Assembly (NCBI GenBank): GCA_003971905.1
Contig: RSEE01000042.1
Coordinates: 248,001-312,000 of the forward strand
Source of the DNA: Moniliella sp. 'wahieum'
Lineage: Eukaryota
Direction of reading: 5' to 3'
DNA: 64,000 bases
Below the pieces are notes generated by a model. That model worked only from the letters and a program-made list of their open reading frames with translations, searched no databases and was not told the origin of the DNA. The translations under genes and the position numbers were made by a program. Below are positions 49,822-61,564 of the stretch, piece by piece. Numbering within the stretch: the stretch's first letter is position 1; each line of letters starts with the position of its first letter.

Positions 49822-51347
49822 CTACACCCGCCTTTTGGCCGGCAAGGATGCCAAAAGTGGCTCGTCGTCATCGCTGCTCTGGGTAAGATCCAAAGACTCA
49901 GGTCGTGTAACGGGGCTGGGTAGATGCGGAGTGGGGAATGTGGCAGGAGGATCAAACAGAGCGGCGGTGGCGGTAGCTATAAGGGAAGCAGCCTCGGACA
50001 CGTCCATCGCTCCTGAAGCCTGTTTTGGGCCGAGGATGTGTTGTCGGGTACGGCCTCAGCTGCCATCTTGACGTCCGACTCGTCCACTTGCAGTCGACGC
50101 ACCGGGTATTTCCTTCCTAGCTCAAACGAATTTTCCTCAGCTTCGGGAGGCTCGGTGAACCAAGAGTAGAGCAACGCTTGCTCCGCGGTGACCCTCCGCA
50201 GGGGATCGTAAATAAGCAGCGCCTCCAGCAGCCGCACCCCATCCAGCGCAGCGGCCAAGGCGGCGGCAGGCACGTTTCTGTAGGACCCGCGGACACGACT
50301 GCCAAACCACATTGCTAGTCGTTTCCCGCTGGACACGCTATCCCCCCCCATCTTGCGTCCCGCATGAGCTTGCCAAATCCGCGCATCTGGCATCGTTTCA
50401 AACATGGGCCACTCCTCCTTGGTAAAGGGACCGAGGACTTCAGTGATGCGGTCCAGTTGGTCCTTCTGGAACGGCACAGCCTTTGTCTTGGGATCCATCT
50501 TAGCCTCCTCGCCCTTGAACATGGGGCGTAGCGCCACCAGTTCTCCCAATATGCATCCCACTGACCACACATCAATGGCCGGGGTGTAATGTCGAGTGCC
50601 CAATAACAGTTCAGGTGAGCGGTAGTAGATTGTCACGACCACCTTGTCCGCCGCATAGAGCGCAGTTAGAGGCTGGTAGCAAATCCGGGCCAGACCCAAG
50701 TCTCCAATTTTGACCCTGCCGTCAGCAGTGACCAGCACGTTGGCCGGCTTGAGGTCACGATGCAAAACCCAGTTTGCATGGAGATAAGCGACCCCCTGGA
50801 GCATCTGGTACATGATGCTCTTAACAGTGCGGATGGGAATGGGGGCACGGAGTACAGTAGCGTGGTAGTGGATGATCTGGAGAAGGTCGTGCTCCGCATA
50901 CGTGAACACAAGATGGACCGCAGCGCCTTCGAGGATGACCTCGCGCATGCCCACCAGGTTTTCGTGCCGCAGCTCCCGACAAAGGGCAATTTCGCGCATG
51001 GCCGATTGGCTCAGCCCAACGTAGGTCCGTTCGCCTTCTTTTTCAGGCTTGAACTTCTTGATCGCATAGAGCGCCTCGGCCTCGTCCTCCCCGGGGTTGC
51101 GCAGTTTGGCCTTGTATACCTTACCATACGTTCCAGAGGAAATGAAGCCCATAATGATGTACTTGGATCGCAGCGCACTCCGATCCGCGTCCCTGTGGCT
51201 GTACCACGCCCGTGTCGCAGCTTCGGCACTGGCATCGGTTGGGACAAAAGCGCGCGCGCGGACGTATCTCTGTGGCAAAGGGATAGGTGCCGGCTGTGAG
51301 GATTCAGGCGCCGCGTCGTTCGCAGTGCTCCGCGCGGCACGCGGCAT
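49822..51347 (-). CDS. SSN3: Cyclin-dependent kinase 8 of the Mediator kinase module (C-terminal frameshift ~50010)
   Basis: KYIIMGFISSGTYGKVYKA, YAIKKFKP, SQSAMREIALCREL, YAEHDLLQIIH, HRDLKPAN, KIGDLGLAR, DKVVVTIYYRSPELLLGTRHYTPAID, FKGEEAKM...VPFQKDQL. Confidence 0.93.
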
Positions 51348-51595
51348 GCCAGCCACGTCCAAGAGCCAAAAGTAGAAGAAGGCAGTGGTGGTCCGGTCAA
51401 GCGAGGCGAGGCTGCGTCATTGGCGGCATTAGCGGTGTTACCTAACCCAGGTTATTTATTTGTTCACACGCGGACGTCATCTCGTCGTATCACGTTTCTT
51501 CGCCGCCACTCATTTCTCAACGTCCAACTCCTCTTGCGCACAGTGACCCTGGGAGCGCAGGCCGGCCACATTCAACACACCAACGCCCAAAGCCG

Positions 51596-52278
51596 ATGCA
51601 ACGCGGTCTCCTCCCTATCCCAACTGCTTGCTTTCGTCTTTCATTGCTCCCCATCAGCGTCAGACTCTCCTCCTGCCGCTTCTCCCTTGCCGCACCCGAC
51701 GCTGCTTGACAACCACCACGACTCCCACTTTTCATTCCGGCAGCTGTTCCAGGGCACATCCTCTGCTCCTCAGGTGGCAGACAACTCAGCAGCCATGTCC
51801 CAGTTTCCCAAAGGCAAGAGCGAGAGCGAGTGGCGCGCCCAGCTTAGTCCGGCCCAGTTTCGCATTCCGGGAAAAAGGCACCGACGCCCGGGAACCGGCG
51901 CCTACGATCACTTTTACGAAGACGGGATCTACGCTTGTGCTGGTTGCCACACCCCTTGTACAAGTCGACGACCAAGTTCAACTCTGGTTGTGGATGGCCC
52001 GCTTTCTTGACGCCATCCCTGGAGCGATTGACCGGCACGTGGACTATAGTTTGAACATGAAGCGGATTGAGATTACCTGCCACAACTGTGGCGGTCATCT
52101 GGGCCATGTGTTTGAAGGTGAGGGTTTCAGTACTCCCACCGATGAACGCCATTGTGTCAACTCCATCTCTTTGAATTTCACCCCAGCCGAGTCCAAGGAT
52201 ATCAAGGAGACGGCCGCCAAGGCTAGACACCCCTTCTTACCTACCCACACCTTTTTGCGTTGCACTGCCTGCGGTTAA
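51596..52278 (+). CDS. MXR2: Methionine-R-sulfoxide reductase MsrB (core starts at ATG 51795; possible mitochondrial presequence from ATG 51596); frameshifts
   Basis: [80 protein letters not shown]. Confidence 0.92.
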
Positions 52279-52384
52279 TTACATGCCCCATCTTCTTCAC
52301 CCTCTTGTAGTACACAATGACACAATGTTCTTTACTCGACCAGATAGTATTCTTCTGGCTGCCATGCCAACTGCCCCAAATCGC

Positions 52385-53623
52385 TCAATACGGCCTGAAG
52401 CGGCGAGTCTGCTTGAGCTGAGCGACTTTCTCTGTATCCTTCTTGAACTGCTCCCGTAGCGCAGCCAATTCGTCCCGCTTCTTCTCGGTTCGCTGGAACT
52501 TGTAGAATCCCTCCAATTCGGGCTTCTTCTTCTTGTTCTGCGCCTCGAGTGCCGCAGCGGCACGCTTCCGGGCCGCGCTTCCCTTTTTGGGCTCCAGCGG
52601 TACGCCAGACTCGACAATAATAAAACCATCCTCGTCGAGCAACTCGCCATTCGGACCCCGCGCCACAGCCTTGATGCCCTGGCGTTGGAACGCTTGACTT
52701 GCCCACGCAGTTCTCCAGCGCCTCAGCGGCGGCAGGATGGGAGCGGAGGAACTCGTGTCGGAGCACGGCAGCATCGGCATAGGCCCGCACCGTAGGCAGA
52801 GGCGGGCGTTCTCGGCGATACCTTGCAGGAGGTAGTTAAGTCCGGTGGGAGGAGCGGTCAGGCCGGCCTCGGCGGCAGCCTGGGATGCGGTGAGGGGCTT
52901 GGTACTACGACGACGTTGGCCCGTGGGGAAAACGGGGCATCCTCCTCTTTCCTCCGTACCTCCAGTCCAGCAAACGGGTTCGGCCAGCCAATTTGGCTCA
53001 GCTGCCCGACTTGGCCATCTCCACGGCGCGATCCCGTACTGGCGCCTCTCAAAATACCACGTGCGCCGATGAGCCGGAGCTCAGGAGCGGAGCGTAAGCC
53101 TGCTGCGAGCCGGTCAGGGGCACCCTCGCATCGAGGGGTGGCAGAGGCATCTCAGGCGGAAGGTCAGCAAGGGGGCCATGGGATTGCTCCATCTTCTCGT
53201 TCAGAGCAGCACGGACGTCGCCATCTTCTCCTCGCCCTCGAGCGAGGGGGGAGGGGCCTGGTCGGTGGCGCGGGTCCTTGGGAAGCGTACACGCTCCACC
53301 GCCCCAGCCGAGAGGAAGAGGGTCTTGAGGTGGAGTGGAGTGGCGTCGACCGGCAGATTTACCACAAACAGAGTGCGCTCGGGAGGGAGGGTCTGCTTGC
53401 CAGCACGTTGGCCTGCAAGAGGCAGGAGATGCTTCATGGGCGCGGACGTAGAGGTAGTGGACCGAGGAGCGGCCATCGACCGCGTTCATCCAGGGGGACG
53501 GCGACAAAGGATGTGACCTGCACGGGAGCAGGAAGCGAAGGTTCTGCTTCTTGGATGAGCGGGAGCCTTGGTGCTCTCCTTGCGGCTCTCCTTGGTGCTC
53601 TCCTTGGTGCTCTTCTTGCCCAT
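52385..53623 (-). CDS. RRP7: Ribosomal RNA-processing protein 7; frameshifts
   Basis: HYLYVRAH, RTLFVVNLPVDAT..HLKTLF (RRM-like), DEDGFIIV, KKKKPELEGFYKFQRTEKKRDELAALREQFKKD.EKVAQLKQTRRFRPY*. N-terminal 12-bp repeats encode KEST/KESR. Confidence 0.9.
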
Positions 53624-54028
53624 TCTGCTGGTGTGGCTGTCCTGCGTGGTGCCGCAGGAGGTGCGGTCCCTGTCGAGTAAACGAGCGGCCACAGCGTCGA
53701 AAAAATTACCATTCCGCCCTGCGCGCATTCCGCCCTGCGAGAAAGCGGGGGCAGAGAGGGGCATTTGAAATGTGCAAAGCCCCGCCGGGCAACGTGGAGC
53801 GGCTGAGGTCAGCAGATCCACACACCGCACAGGGGCAGTGTGTCGCCTGTCGGGGCTGGCGGCTCGCGCTCAGCGCTGCTCTCACCGATGGGACTCATCG
53901 GTGAGGCGCATCGCCCATCGCCATCGATTCGCTCTTGGCGCGCAACGCCGCATTCTTGGCTGCTGGCCATCGCATCCACCCCGCCCCGCCTCCTCTCTAT
54001 CCCGCCCCGCCACGCGCCGCTCTGCGTC

Positions 54029-55483
54029 ATGGCCTCCATCGTCGCCATCGTCGACATCAAGGGCAAGTCCCTCATCCAGCGCTCCTATCGCGACGATGTC
54101 TCCACCTCGGCCATCGACAAGTTCCTCCCCTTGCTCCTCGAGCTCGAGGACGAGGCCGGCGGCAGCACCGTCCCCCCCTGCTTTAGCAACGAGGGTATCA
54201 ACTACATGTTTATCCGCCACAACAACCTCTACTGTACGTTTCTACTCTCTCTATTGGCACTTGATACTGACCAGAGAGCTGCCAGTGCTTGCTCTGTCCC
54301 GGAGGAACTCCAATGCGACGGAGATCCTTGTGTTCCTGCATAAGCTGGCCTCGGTGTTGGAGGAATACTTTAAGGAATTGGAGGAAGAGTCCATCCGTGA
54401 CAACTTTGTCGTGATCTATGAGCTGCTGGACGAGATGATGGACTTTGGCTTCCCTCAGACTACCGAGTCCAAGATCCTTCAGGAGTACATTACCCAAGAA
54501 TCCCACCAGCTCGAAGTCCAAGCTCGCCCACCTATTGCTTTGACCAATGCAGTCTCGTGGCGGTCGGAAGGTATTCGGTACCGTAAGAACGAGGTCTTTC
54601 TCGATGTGGTGGAATCGGTCAACTTGCTGGTCAATGCCAATGGCAACGTCGTTCGTTCCGAAATATTGGGGGCGGTCAAAATGAAGTGCTACCTGAGCGG
54701 CATGCCCGAGCTGCGATTGGGGTTGAACGACAAGCCATGTTCGAGTCAACCGGAAGGACAGCAAGGGGAAGGCGGTGGAGATGGAGGATGTCAAGTTCCA
54801 CCAATGCGTTCGTCTCTCTCGTTTCGAGAACGATCGTACCATCAGCTTCATCCCGCCCGACGGGGAATTTGAGCTCATGTCCTACCGTCTTTCGACACAG
54901 GTCAAACCCCTTATATGGGCGGAAACGATGGTGGAGCGGCACGAGGGTAGCAGGATTGAATTTATGGTCAAGGTCAAGGCGCAATTCAAGCGTCGCTCTA
55001 CTGCCAATAACGTCGAGATTATCATTCCCGTCCCGGACGATGCTGATTCCCCCGGTTCAAGGCAGCGATTGGGTCGGTAAGCTATGCGCCAGAAAAGTCG
55101 GCCATGGTGTGGAAGATCAAGCAATTGAGCGGCGGGAAGGAGTATCTCATGCGGGCTCATTTTGGTTTGCCTAGTGTCAAGAACGAAGACACGATTGACC
55201 GCCGCACTCCAATTAGTGTCAAGTTCGAGATCCCGTACTTTACTGTCTCGGGGATCCAGGTGCGCTATCTGAAGGTTGTGGAGAAATCGGGGTACCAAGC
55301 ACTACGTATGTGGCCCCCTCTTATGCGGTGGATGTATGATGCAGCCGGGAGTACTGATACTGACATTGGGCTTTGTGTTTTCGGGGTTCAGCTTGGGTGC
55401 GTTACATTACTCAAAATGGGGAGTACGACCTCCGAACCCAGTCGGAAAAGGCGCAAGATGTCCGTCTGACACCCATTGCCTAG
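54029..55483 (+). CDS. APM1: AP-1 adaptor complex mu subunit; introns ~54234-54285 and ~55306-55391; frameshifts
   Basis: MASIVAIVDIKGKSLIQRSYRDD, YFKELEEESIRDNFVVIYELLDEMMDFGFPQTTESKILQEYITQ, VSWRSEGIRYRKNEVFLDVVESVN, DVKFHQCVRLSRFENDRTISFIPPDGEFELMSYRL, SGIQVRYLKVVEKSGYQAL|PWVRYITQNG. Confidence 0.95.
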
Positions 55484-55724
55484 CATAGTCCCCATCATGT
55501 CTCCAAGTTGGACCGGAATGGTGGAGTACTGCGGCCTACGGTGCAAGTCATGGTAATTGTAGGCTAGTGCAATGCACAACGCGAATGGCAACCCGAGTGG
55601 TGTAAGGTGCTGTAGCTGCTAACTATTCTGGCCCCTGGGCTGCTTCTTCCCGTCCAATAATACCAGTTAGAAGCATGGCATGAGCAGTGCAAGGTGTGTG
55701 TGACATCTTTATTGATCTACCCCC

Positions 55725-55760
55725 CCATCCATCCATCCATCCATCCATCCATCCATCCAT
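55725..55760. repeat. (CCAT)9 microsatellite
   Basis: Directly visible. Confidence 0.95.
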
Positions 55761-56908
55761 TGTCCATCCCCTGCCGTCTTGACCAGTATAAGAGCTAAGC
55801 CAGGCGGCCAGGGTCTCATTCGCATATCCCCAAGGTACACCCGACGAACCGTATTTTGTTCCAGACCCAGCGCGGCATTATGACGGTTCTGAACGTCTGA
55901 ATATGGGTCTGGAGATCAACAGATCTTAGGCATTGCGCCTCCCAATCCTCGACTGGCAATACAAAGGATTTGCCCTCACTGTGGCTTGCTTTGCTCCAGG
56001 TTTGTCACATTAATCGGTCAGATTCAGTCCAGTTCGTTCAAGGGTTTGGTGTTGTGCGGCCCTTCTGCGACTCCAAGATGTGATCGACGCACATAAATGA
56101 TGGGTGTACGACCTGGTGCGACTACATTCGAAAGCTTGAGGACAATGCAAACGTGCCCCTGTGTCCTGTTTGCCATGCCTCTCCCATGCCTGACCCCGCT
56201 ATTGTTACTCCACATCCCCCCAGCACCGCCTCTTTCTCCTCGGATCAACTCCACCTCCCAGCCCCCTCATGAATCCCTCTCGTGTCATTTCGTTTCGGCA
56301 CTTCTCGCCCCCACAGCACCATCAAAAGGCTCGCGTGCACCTTATATAATTATCGAACTTATCTCCCTCGTTCCAAGTCGCCGCACTTTTCCAAACTTCA
56401 TCTTGGCTCCCATGCCCCCCCCGGCCAAGTCGCTACGCCACCTTCCCAGCTCTTTGTCAATGTCATTGGAAAGGTCCGTCTGGGCACGCCATCTCCTGCC
56501 GCACCAGAATAGTAGCCCAGAGGGAGGACTAGACCCCGTCTATAATAGTGCGCATACGCCTCAAGACCAAGATGAAGAATCTACCTGGCGCCCTTGCTTT
56601 GCCTTCTGTCATCGCTGCGCTGCACATCTCTCTTCCACCATTAAACCTCATATGCATACTTGACTTACCCAACGGAGGACCGTTGTACCCATCTCCCTCC
56701 TTCCTTGCCCCCCCATATAAACCTTCTTCACTGTATGCCTCTCTATCCGGTTAGGAAAGGTGGTGCAGACCATCACATGGCTTGATGCGGCCAAATCAAT
56801 CCTTCAACGTTTCAACGTTTCAACGTCCAACGTCCAACGGCCCACACGTCCAACCCTATCGACTGCGGTCACGTGGCACCATCCACGCGTTTCCAGCCGG
56901 CCAGTGCT

Positions 56909-56972
56909 CAGCCGAGACTGGGCTGAGCGACGACCTACACCAGCCGAGACTGGGCTGAGCGACGACCTACAC
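56909..56972. repeat. Exact 32-bp tandem duplication (CAGCCGAGACTGGGCTGAGCGACGACCTACAC x2)
   Basis: Directly visible, just upstream of the securin-like gene. Confidence 0.95.
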
Positions 56973-57085
56973 CAGCCGACACCCAACACGCGCGTTCATT
57001 GCGCCTCACCGTTGCCCGTGAGCCTCAACGCATTCGGCCCGTTGAGCTTGGTCTTCCCCCCACCCACGCGCCTGCGATTGCCAGC

Positions 57086-58283
57086 ATGAGCCAGCGGCCT
57101 GGGCAGGAGAACCAGACCTCCTCGCCGTCCGGCGTGGTCGTGGACGGTCCGTGTCGCCAACGAAGCGCACCCGCCAGCTGTGGTTCCAACCCCAACCCAC
57201 CGCGCTCTTCTCCCCCGACCCGCTAGCGCGCCCCGTGCGTTCTAACACGCCACCCGCGCCGGCCCGTGACACCGCAGCTCCAGCTGTTGGTGCCGCACTG
57301 GCACTTGACTTGCCCCCACGCTCTCCCAGCAAGCCCATGCTGGGAGATAAGTCGAACCGCAGCCCAGCCAAGCCATCGCGCCCGCCCATGCGGTTTGACA
57401 TGAAGGGCAACCGGTTGCCCGATGAGGAGGGAACCCAACTTGCTGCCCCCGTTCTTGCCCCCACTCCTAGTAAAGCGCAGCCCTCATCCCCACCCGGTCC
57501 CGTACGTGTACGCCTCAACCCCGCTCACACCGAGTGGCCCGAGGTGGAGTACATGCCCCCAAGCCGATGGCGCGCGGATGGGACATTCCTGAGCTCCAAG
57601 GTCTACCGCAAGGGGACAAACTTGTCTCCTTTGTCGACTCGATTTCCTTTTGTCCCCATCTCTCCGCCTCGCAGGCGGAGGGCAAGCCGTCGCCAATAGA
57701 CCGGGAACGGTACTTGGGTGGTCCGGCGGACGCGCTCTTCCCCTGGGACTTGTCGTTGCCAGAGTTAGCCGACGAAAGCCTGACCGACGACGAGGGTGAT
57801 GCCTACCGCCTCGCCCAGCTGTTGGGATCCGACCCCAAACAATTGCCGCCACTTGTACCGCGCGGTGCCCACCCCACCAAGTCGAGTTCCAGTCTCGGCT
57901 CTCATCCGCGTCCAGGCTCACGACCTGCTCCCCGTCCCCAACCGCAAGCCTCGAACGGCCAACAAGGCCCAGCAGCACTTCGTAGTGCTACGGGCAAATC
58001 GCTCCGTGGCCCTGCACCGCTTCGTACCGCTCGTACCGCCCGTGCGCCTCCCCGCCCCGCTGCCCGCCCCACATCCACGCGCACCAGCGCGTCCCGCACT
58101 CCCTCAGCCGTTGCGCCAACCACGACAAAGTCCGTTGCTGCCATGCCGCGGAACGGCGGCCGCCCCGTGCGCTCCGGGCGAGCTTCCCTCAGTTCGCGGC
58201 TAAGTGTGCGGGCAGGAATGAGTGCGCGGCAGCAAGACACGGGCGTGCTGCTCGCACTCAACCCGGCCGACGCCTTCTTCTGA
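57086..58283 (+). CDS. Putative securin (Pds1/Cut2-like separase inhibitor); frameshifts
   Basis: Disordered protein with N-terminal QEN (KEN-like), D-box-like KPMLGDKSN (57331-57357) and PEVEYMPP[K]P (57538-57566), which resembles the DIE/EVE pseudosubstrate motif of fungal securins. Confidence 0.55.
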
Positions 58284-59349
58284 GGTGGGAACTGTAATCC
58301 TTTGCCCCCTCTCCCTCTTTCCCCGTTTCCAGCTTTCTTCCCCCCGCCCTCTACTGTCGGTGCTGAGCGCCGAATTGGCAAATTCATATGATTCCTTTGA
58401 GATGGCACTGAAGTAAAAGGAGATGGTTCGCAGTGATACAGCCATAATAACCGGCGGCGACAGAGAGCAGGGCTGAGGGGGTTCGTCGCCTTCGGCTTTC
58501 GCTCCAAGCAGTTGCGCCCAGGGTCAGTTGTGGCGGATAGCAATAGCAGGAAGTGGTCCCGTCAAGATAAGACAGAAAGGCAAGCGACGTTAGGGAAAAA
58601 CGAGGCGCTGGGGCCCCAGAACACATCCTATAACATGCCTATGCCAACCCAGTGGCATTGAGTTTGAGCATGGTCCTCACGTCCTTGTGCGCTTTACCAT
58701 CATGCCTGTGCTGTTCGAGGGGGACGGCATGTCCGACGATGATGTGTGGGTGACCAGGCGGAGATGCGTTGGTTGTAGCACTTGCAAGTCCTGTACTCCA
58801 CCTCGAAGGCTATTAGCGTTCCCCTGCATGCTCGCTCAATCTCCCTCCTCTCTTTCCCGTCAGACGTTGCTGGAAGACCGATGTGGGTCACCACGTTATC
58901 TCCACGCCTTGTCTGAAGGTGCTCGGCAGCTGATCCCCAGGATCGCCGAGTGCTGCGCGTCGCACTTGAGCAGGACTGGATGCTCCGCAAACTGCGTCGA
59001 CGCCAATCTTACTCACCCCGCGCCCGCGCCCGCACCGGTGCAAGGTGCAGCATGCCACACCCCTGTCACCGGCTCACCGGCGGTCACCGCGCGTCACCAG
59101 CCTGCTGCCCATTCCAAAGCTGTCGTGGCACTCGGACCTGGAGTATGACTCGACGCGCACTGCTTACGTAGACGACTGCCCCCGTGCCGGAAGTCTGGAG
59201 CCCATTGTGCAGAATGCGCAACGAGCACCCGCCGCAGCAGCGCAACAGCGCCCCCCTGCGACGGCAGCGTCCTGGGCCGTTGCGCACGCGCGCGGCACCA
59301 GCGCAGTGTGGGCCAGCGGCTGCTGCGGAACTGCCTGGGCGAGCCAGGG

Positions 59350-59356
59350 TATAAAA
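59350..59356 (+). promoter_or_regulatory. TATA box of the bZIP gene
   Basis: TATAAAA ~100 bp upstream of uORF1, followed by a pyrimidine-rich leader. Confidence 0.6.
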
Positions 59357-59451
59357 AGTTTGCCGGCTGCGCTCGGCTGCCCGCCTCTTTCCCCCACCCC
59401 CTCCTCTACCAACCCAGCCCACCCCGTCTTACTGCCTGCATCGTGCCCACC

Positions 59452-59469
59452 ATGGCCTTCTCCGCTTAA
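59452..59469 (+). promoter_or_regulatory. uORF1 (MAFSA*) in the Gcn4/CPC-1-like leader
   Basis: CCCACCATGG strong context. A very short uORF is typical of a reinitiation-permissive uORF1. Confidence 0.75.
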
Positions 59470-59596
59470 GCGAACCGGTCCCCTGACCACATCCCGGCGT
59501 ATCTCCTGCATCCGCCCCGCACCCGTACAATTTGGTTTCCCCAAGTTGTGCTGTTGACCAACCTTGTTGCCTCTGCACCCCCCCTCCCAGCCCACC

Positions 59597-59749
59597 ATGT
59601 TTACCCTCTCTGCCCCCGCGGCTTTCCTGGCATCATGCCCTCCCCTCTCCAACCTTGCGTTTGACGCCCAACAACCGTTCTTAACAAGCCTCCTGCGTTC
59701 CCGAGCCTCTCGGATCCTTCCCTGTCCCAACCCCCATCCCACTGAGTGA
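59597..59749 (+). promoter_or_regulatory. uORF2 (50 aa) in the Gcn4/CPC-1-like leader
   Basis: CCCACCATG context, C-rich codons, ends ~100 nt before the main ATG. Confidence 0.7.
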
Positions 59750-59849
59750 CCCCGCTCCTCCGCAGTTTGCCTCCAAACCCCCTGCAACTGCCTCTTGCAT
59801 TGTGTCCCCCGACCAAGCAGACCTTTTTGTTACTGTATTGAACTTGATC

Positions 59850-60860
59850 ATGTGTATGTTTACCTCCTTGCATCGAGTCTCCGAATCAAGACTCACATTC
59901 CATCTGTCTCTCCAGCAACGATGATGAAAGATCCAACTTTCCCGACCGACGCTGGTGTGGATATGGCGTCGCTTTTCGGCCCTGACTCGGCTGGCCTCGC
60001 CGGCCTGTTGGGAACCGAGCCCATTGATGCGGGTGACGATGGGTATGCCACCACGGTGGAGGAAGACGACTTCCTCGCCGCGACCGATATGCCAGACTTT
60101 GAGGACATTGTCTTTCCCAGGACCTCAAGCCCAACGCTGGTATTATGGTTGATACCCTGCCCGCCCCAACAGCGGGTCAGGACCAAGTCACGGGGCTTCC
60201 TATGGAGTTTTCCTTCCCTGGTGCCGCGGTCGCGTTCCCGGCGGCGCTAATGGAAACCCCGGCTCTGGCGGACGACGCGTCAACCGCGGCGCTCCTCCAG
60301 ATTCTTACTCAAGCTGCCCTTCAGCAAACCCAGATGCAGTCTGCCTCTTCTCCTACGGAGCCGGCTCTCGAGCATGGTGCGCAAGGCTCGGTTTCCCCGC
60401 CCGGTGCGTCGCCGAGCCAAACGCCCATTCTCACCCCGGCTCAGCCTGGTGCAAGCGAGCGCAACGCCTCTCGTACCTCGCTGTCTCCTGTGACCGAGAC
60501 GGGCTCGACTGTGAGCGCGCCCGCGCACAAGCGCAAGCGTCGTGCGCGTGACTCGGCCGACCTGCTCCCGATGGATGCGCCGGCGGTGCAGAGCGTACCT
60601 ACCTCGCTCCCAGTGCCACTTCGCGCCGCGAGCTCCCCAAGGCAGACGGCGACGAGAGCGGCTTGAGCGTGGAAGCGATGCTGGCCAAGCGTCACAAGAA
60701 CACGATGGCCGCGCGGCAGTCGCGTCGTCGCAAGGCGGAGGAAATGTCGCAGCTGCGCGAGGAGAAGGAGGCGTTGGCTCGGCAGAATGCCGAGCTCAAG
60801 CGCCGCATTGAGGCGGTCGAGCTCGAGTTGGCTTCCGTCCGTGGCGAGCTCAGGGTGTGA
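59850..60860 (+). CDS. Gcn4/CPC-1 (cross-pathway control)-like bZIP transcription factor; intron 59854-59915; frameshifts
   Basis: ATG T|CA ACG ATG ATG across a GTATGT...GACTCAC...CAG intron. Acidic activation region, LLPMDAP.VQ..TYLAPSATSRRE, basic region KRHKNTMAARQSRRRK plus leucine zipper. Confidence 0.85.
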
Positions 60861-61247
60861 GCTGAGCTGAGCTGGGTTTGCCGGCCAGTGTGCTGATGCT
60901 GTGCTGTGCCCCTTTGGCTTTGCCGTCGGGGCCGGTAAAAAATTGTAGCCGTGCCCGTCTCGGCCTTTTCCATGCTTCCGTCTTTTTGTGCTCTTGGAGG
61001 GCCTGTTGGCCTCCACTCTTGCTTCTTTGTTCCTTTGTTCCTTTTGACTCGAAATGACTGGTTCACACTACGCTGCTTGAAGTTTGACGCTGTATAGCTG
61101 CTGTGATGCGACCACATTGGCAAGCGTTGTTGGGCCCACCCTATGTGTACACGATGACACGATGGCGGCATGCAGTTGTGTACGTGCTTGTCTGCAGAAG
61201 CGTGTGTTGATCAGGAGACAAAATACCAGTCTTCCAAATTAAATAAT

Positions 61248-61332
61248 GGGCGGATAGCTCAGTTGGTAGAGCGCACGCTTCGCATGTACAGTGCCCTTGT
61301 GTGAGGTCTGGGTTCGATTCCCTATTCGTCCA
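61248..61332 (+). tRNA. tRNA-Ala(CGC) with 13-nt intron (61285-61297)
   Basis: Acceptor GGGCGGA/TTCGTCC with G3:U70 alanine identity pair, D arm GCTC-AGTTGGTA-GAGC, anticodon arm CACGC-TT-CGC-A-[intron]-T-GTGTG, TTCGATT loop, T7 terminator. The T stem appears one G short, probably a read error. Confidence 0.9.
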
Positions 61333-61564
61333 ATTTTTTTGGTAGTGCGACGAGCGCCTTTTTTCCTACTGCAGCTGGTGCCTCCCTCTCGCCCTCACCT
61401 GCCACAAACCAGCTGTACCAGCAATGGATCTGCCATCGCCACCTGGTAGTTGTAGTCTCGTCCCGCCCGCGCCATCTATCTATCTCAAGCCAAGCAACAT
61501 AGTTTCCCATCGTACATCCATCAATCCTGACCAGAGCCCAAGGGCAAGCGCGTAGCCTACCCGT

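Noticed and set aside
52141..52165. Selenocysteine MsrB
   Set aside because: The catalytic residue is Cys (RHCVNS) and there is no in-frame TGA.
21589..55483. Frameshifted genes as pseudogenes or programmed frameshifting
   Set aside because: Affects nearly all genes including essential ones, with no slippery-site pattern. Sequencing error is more parsimonious.
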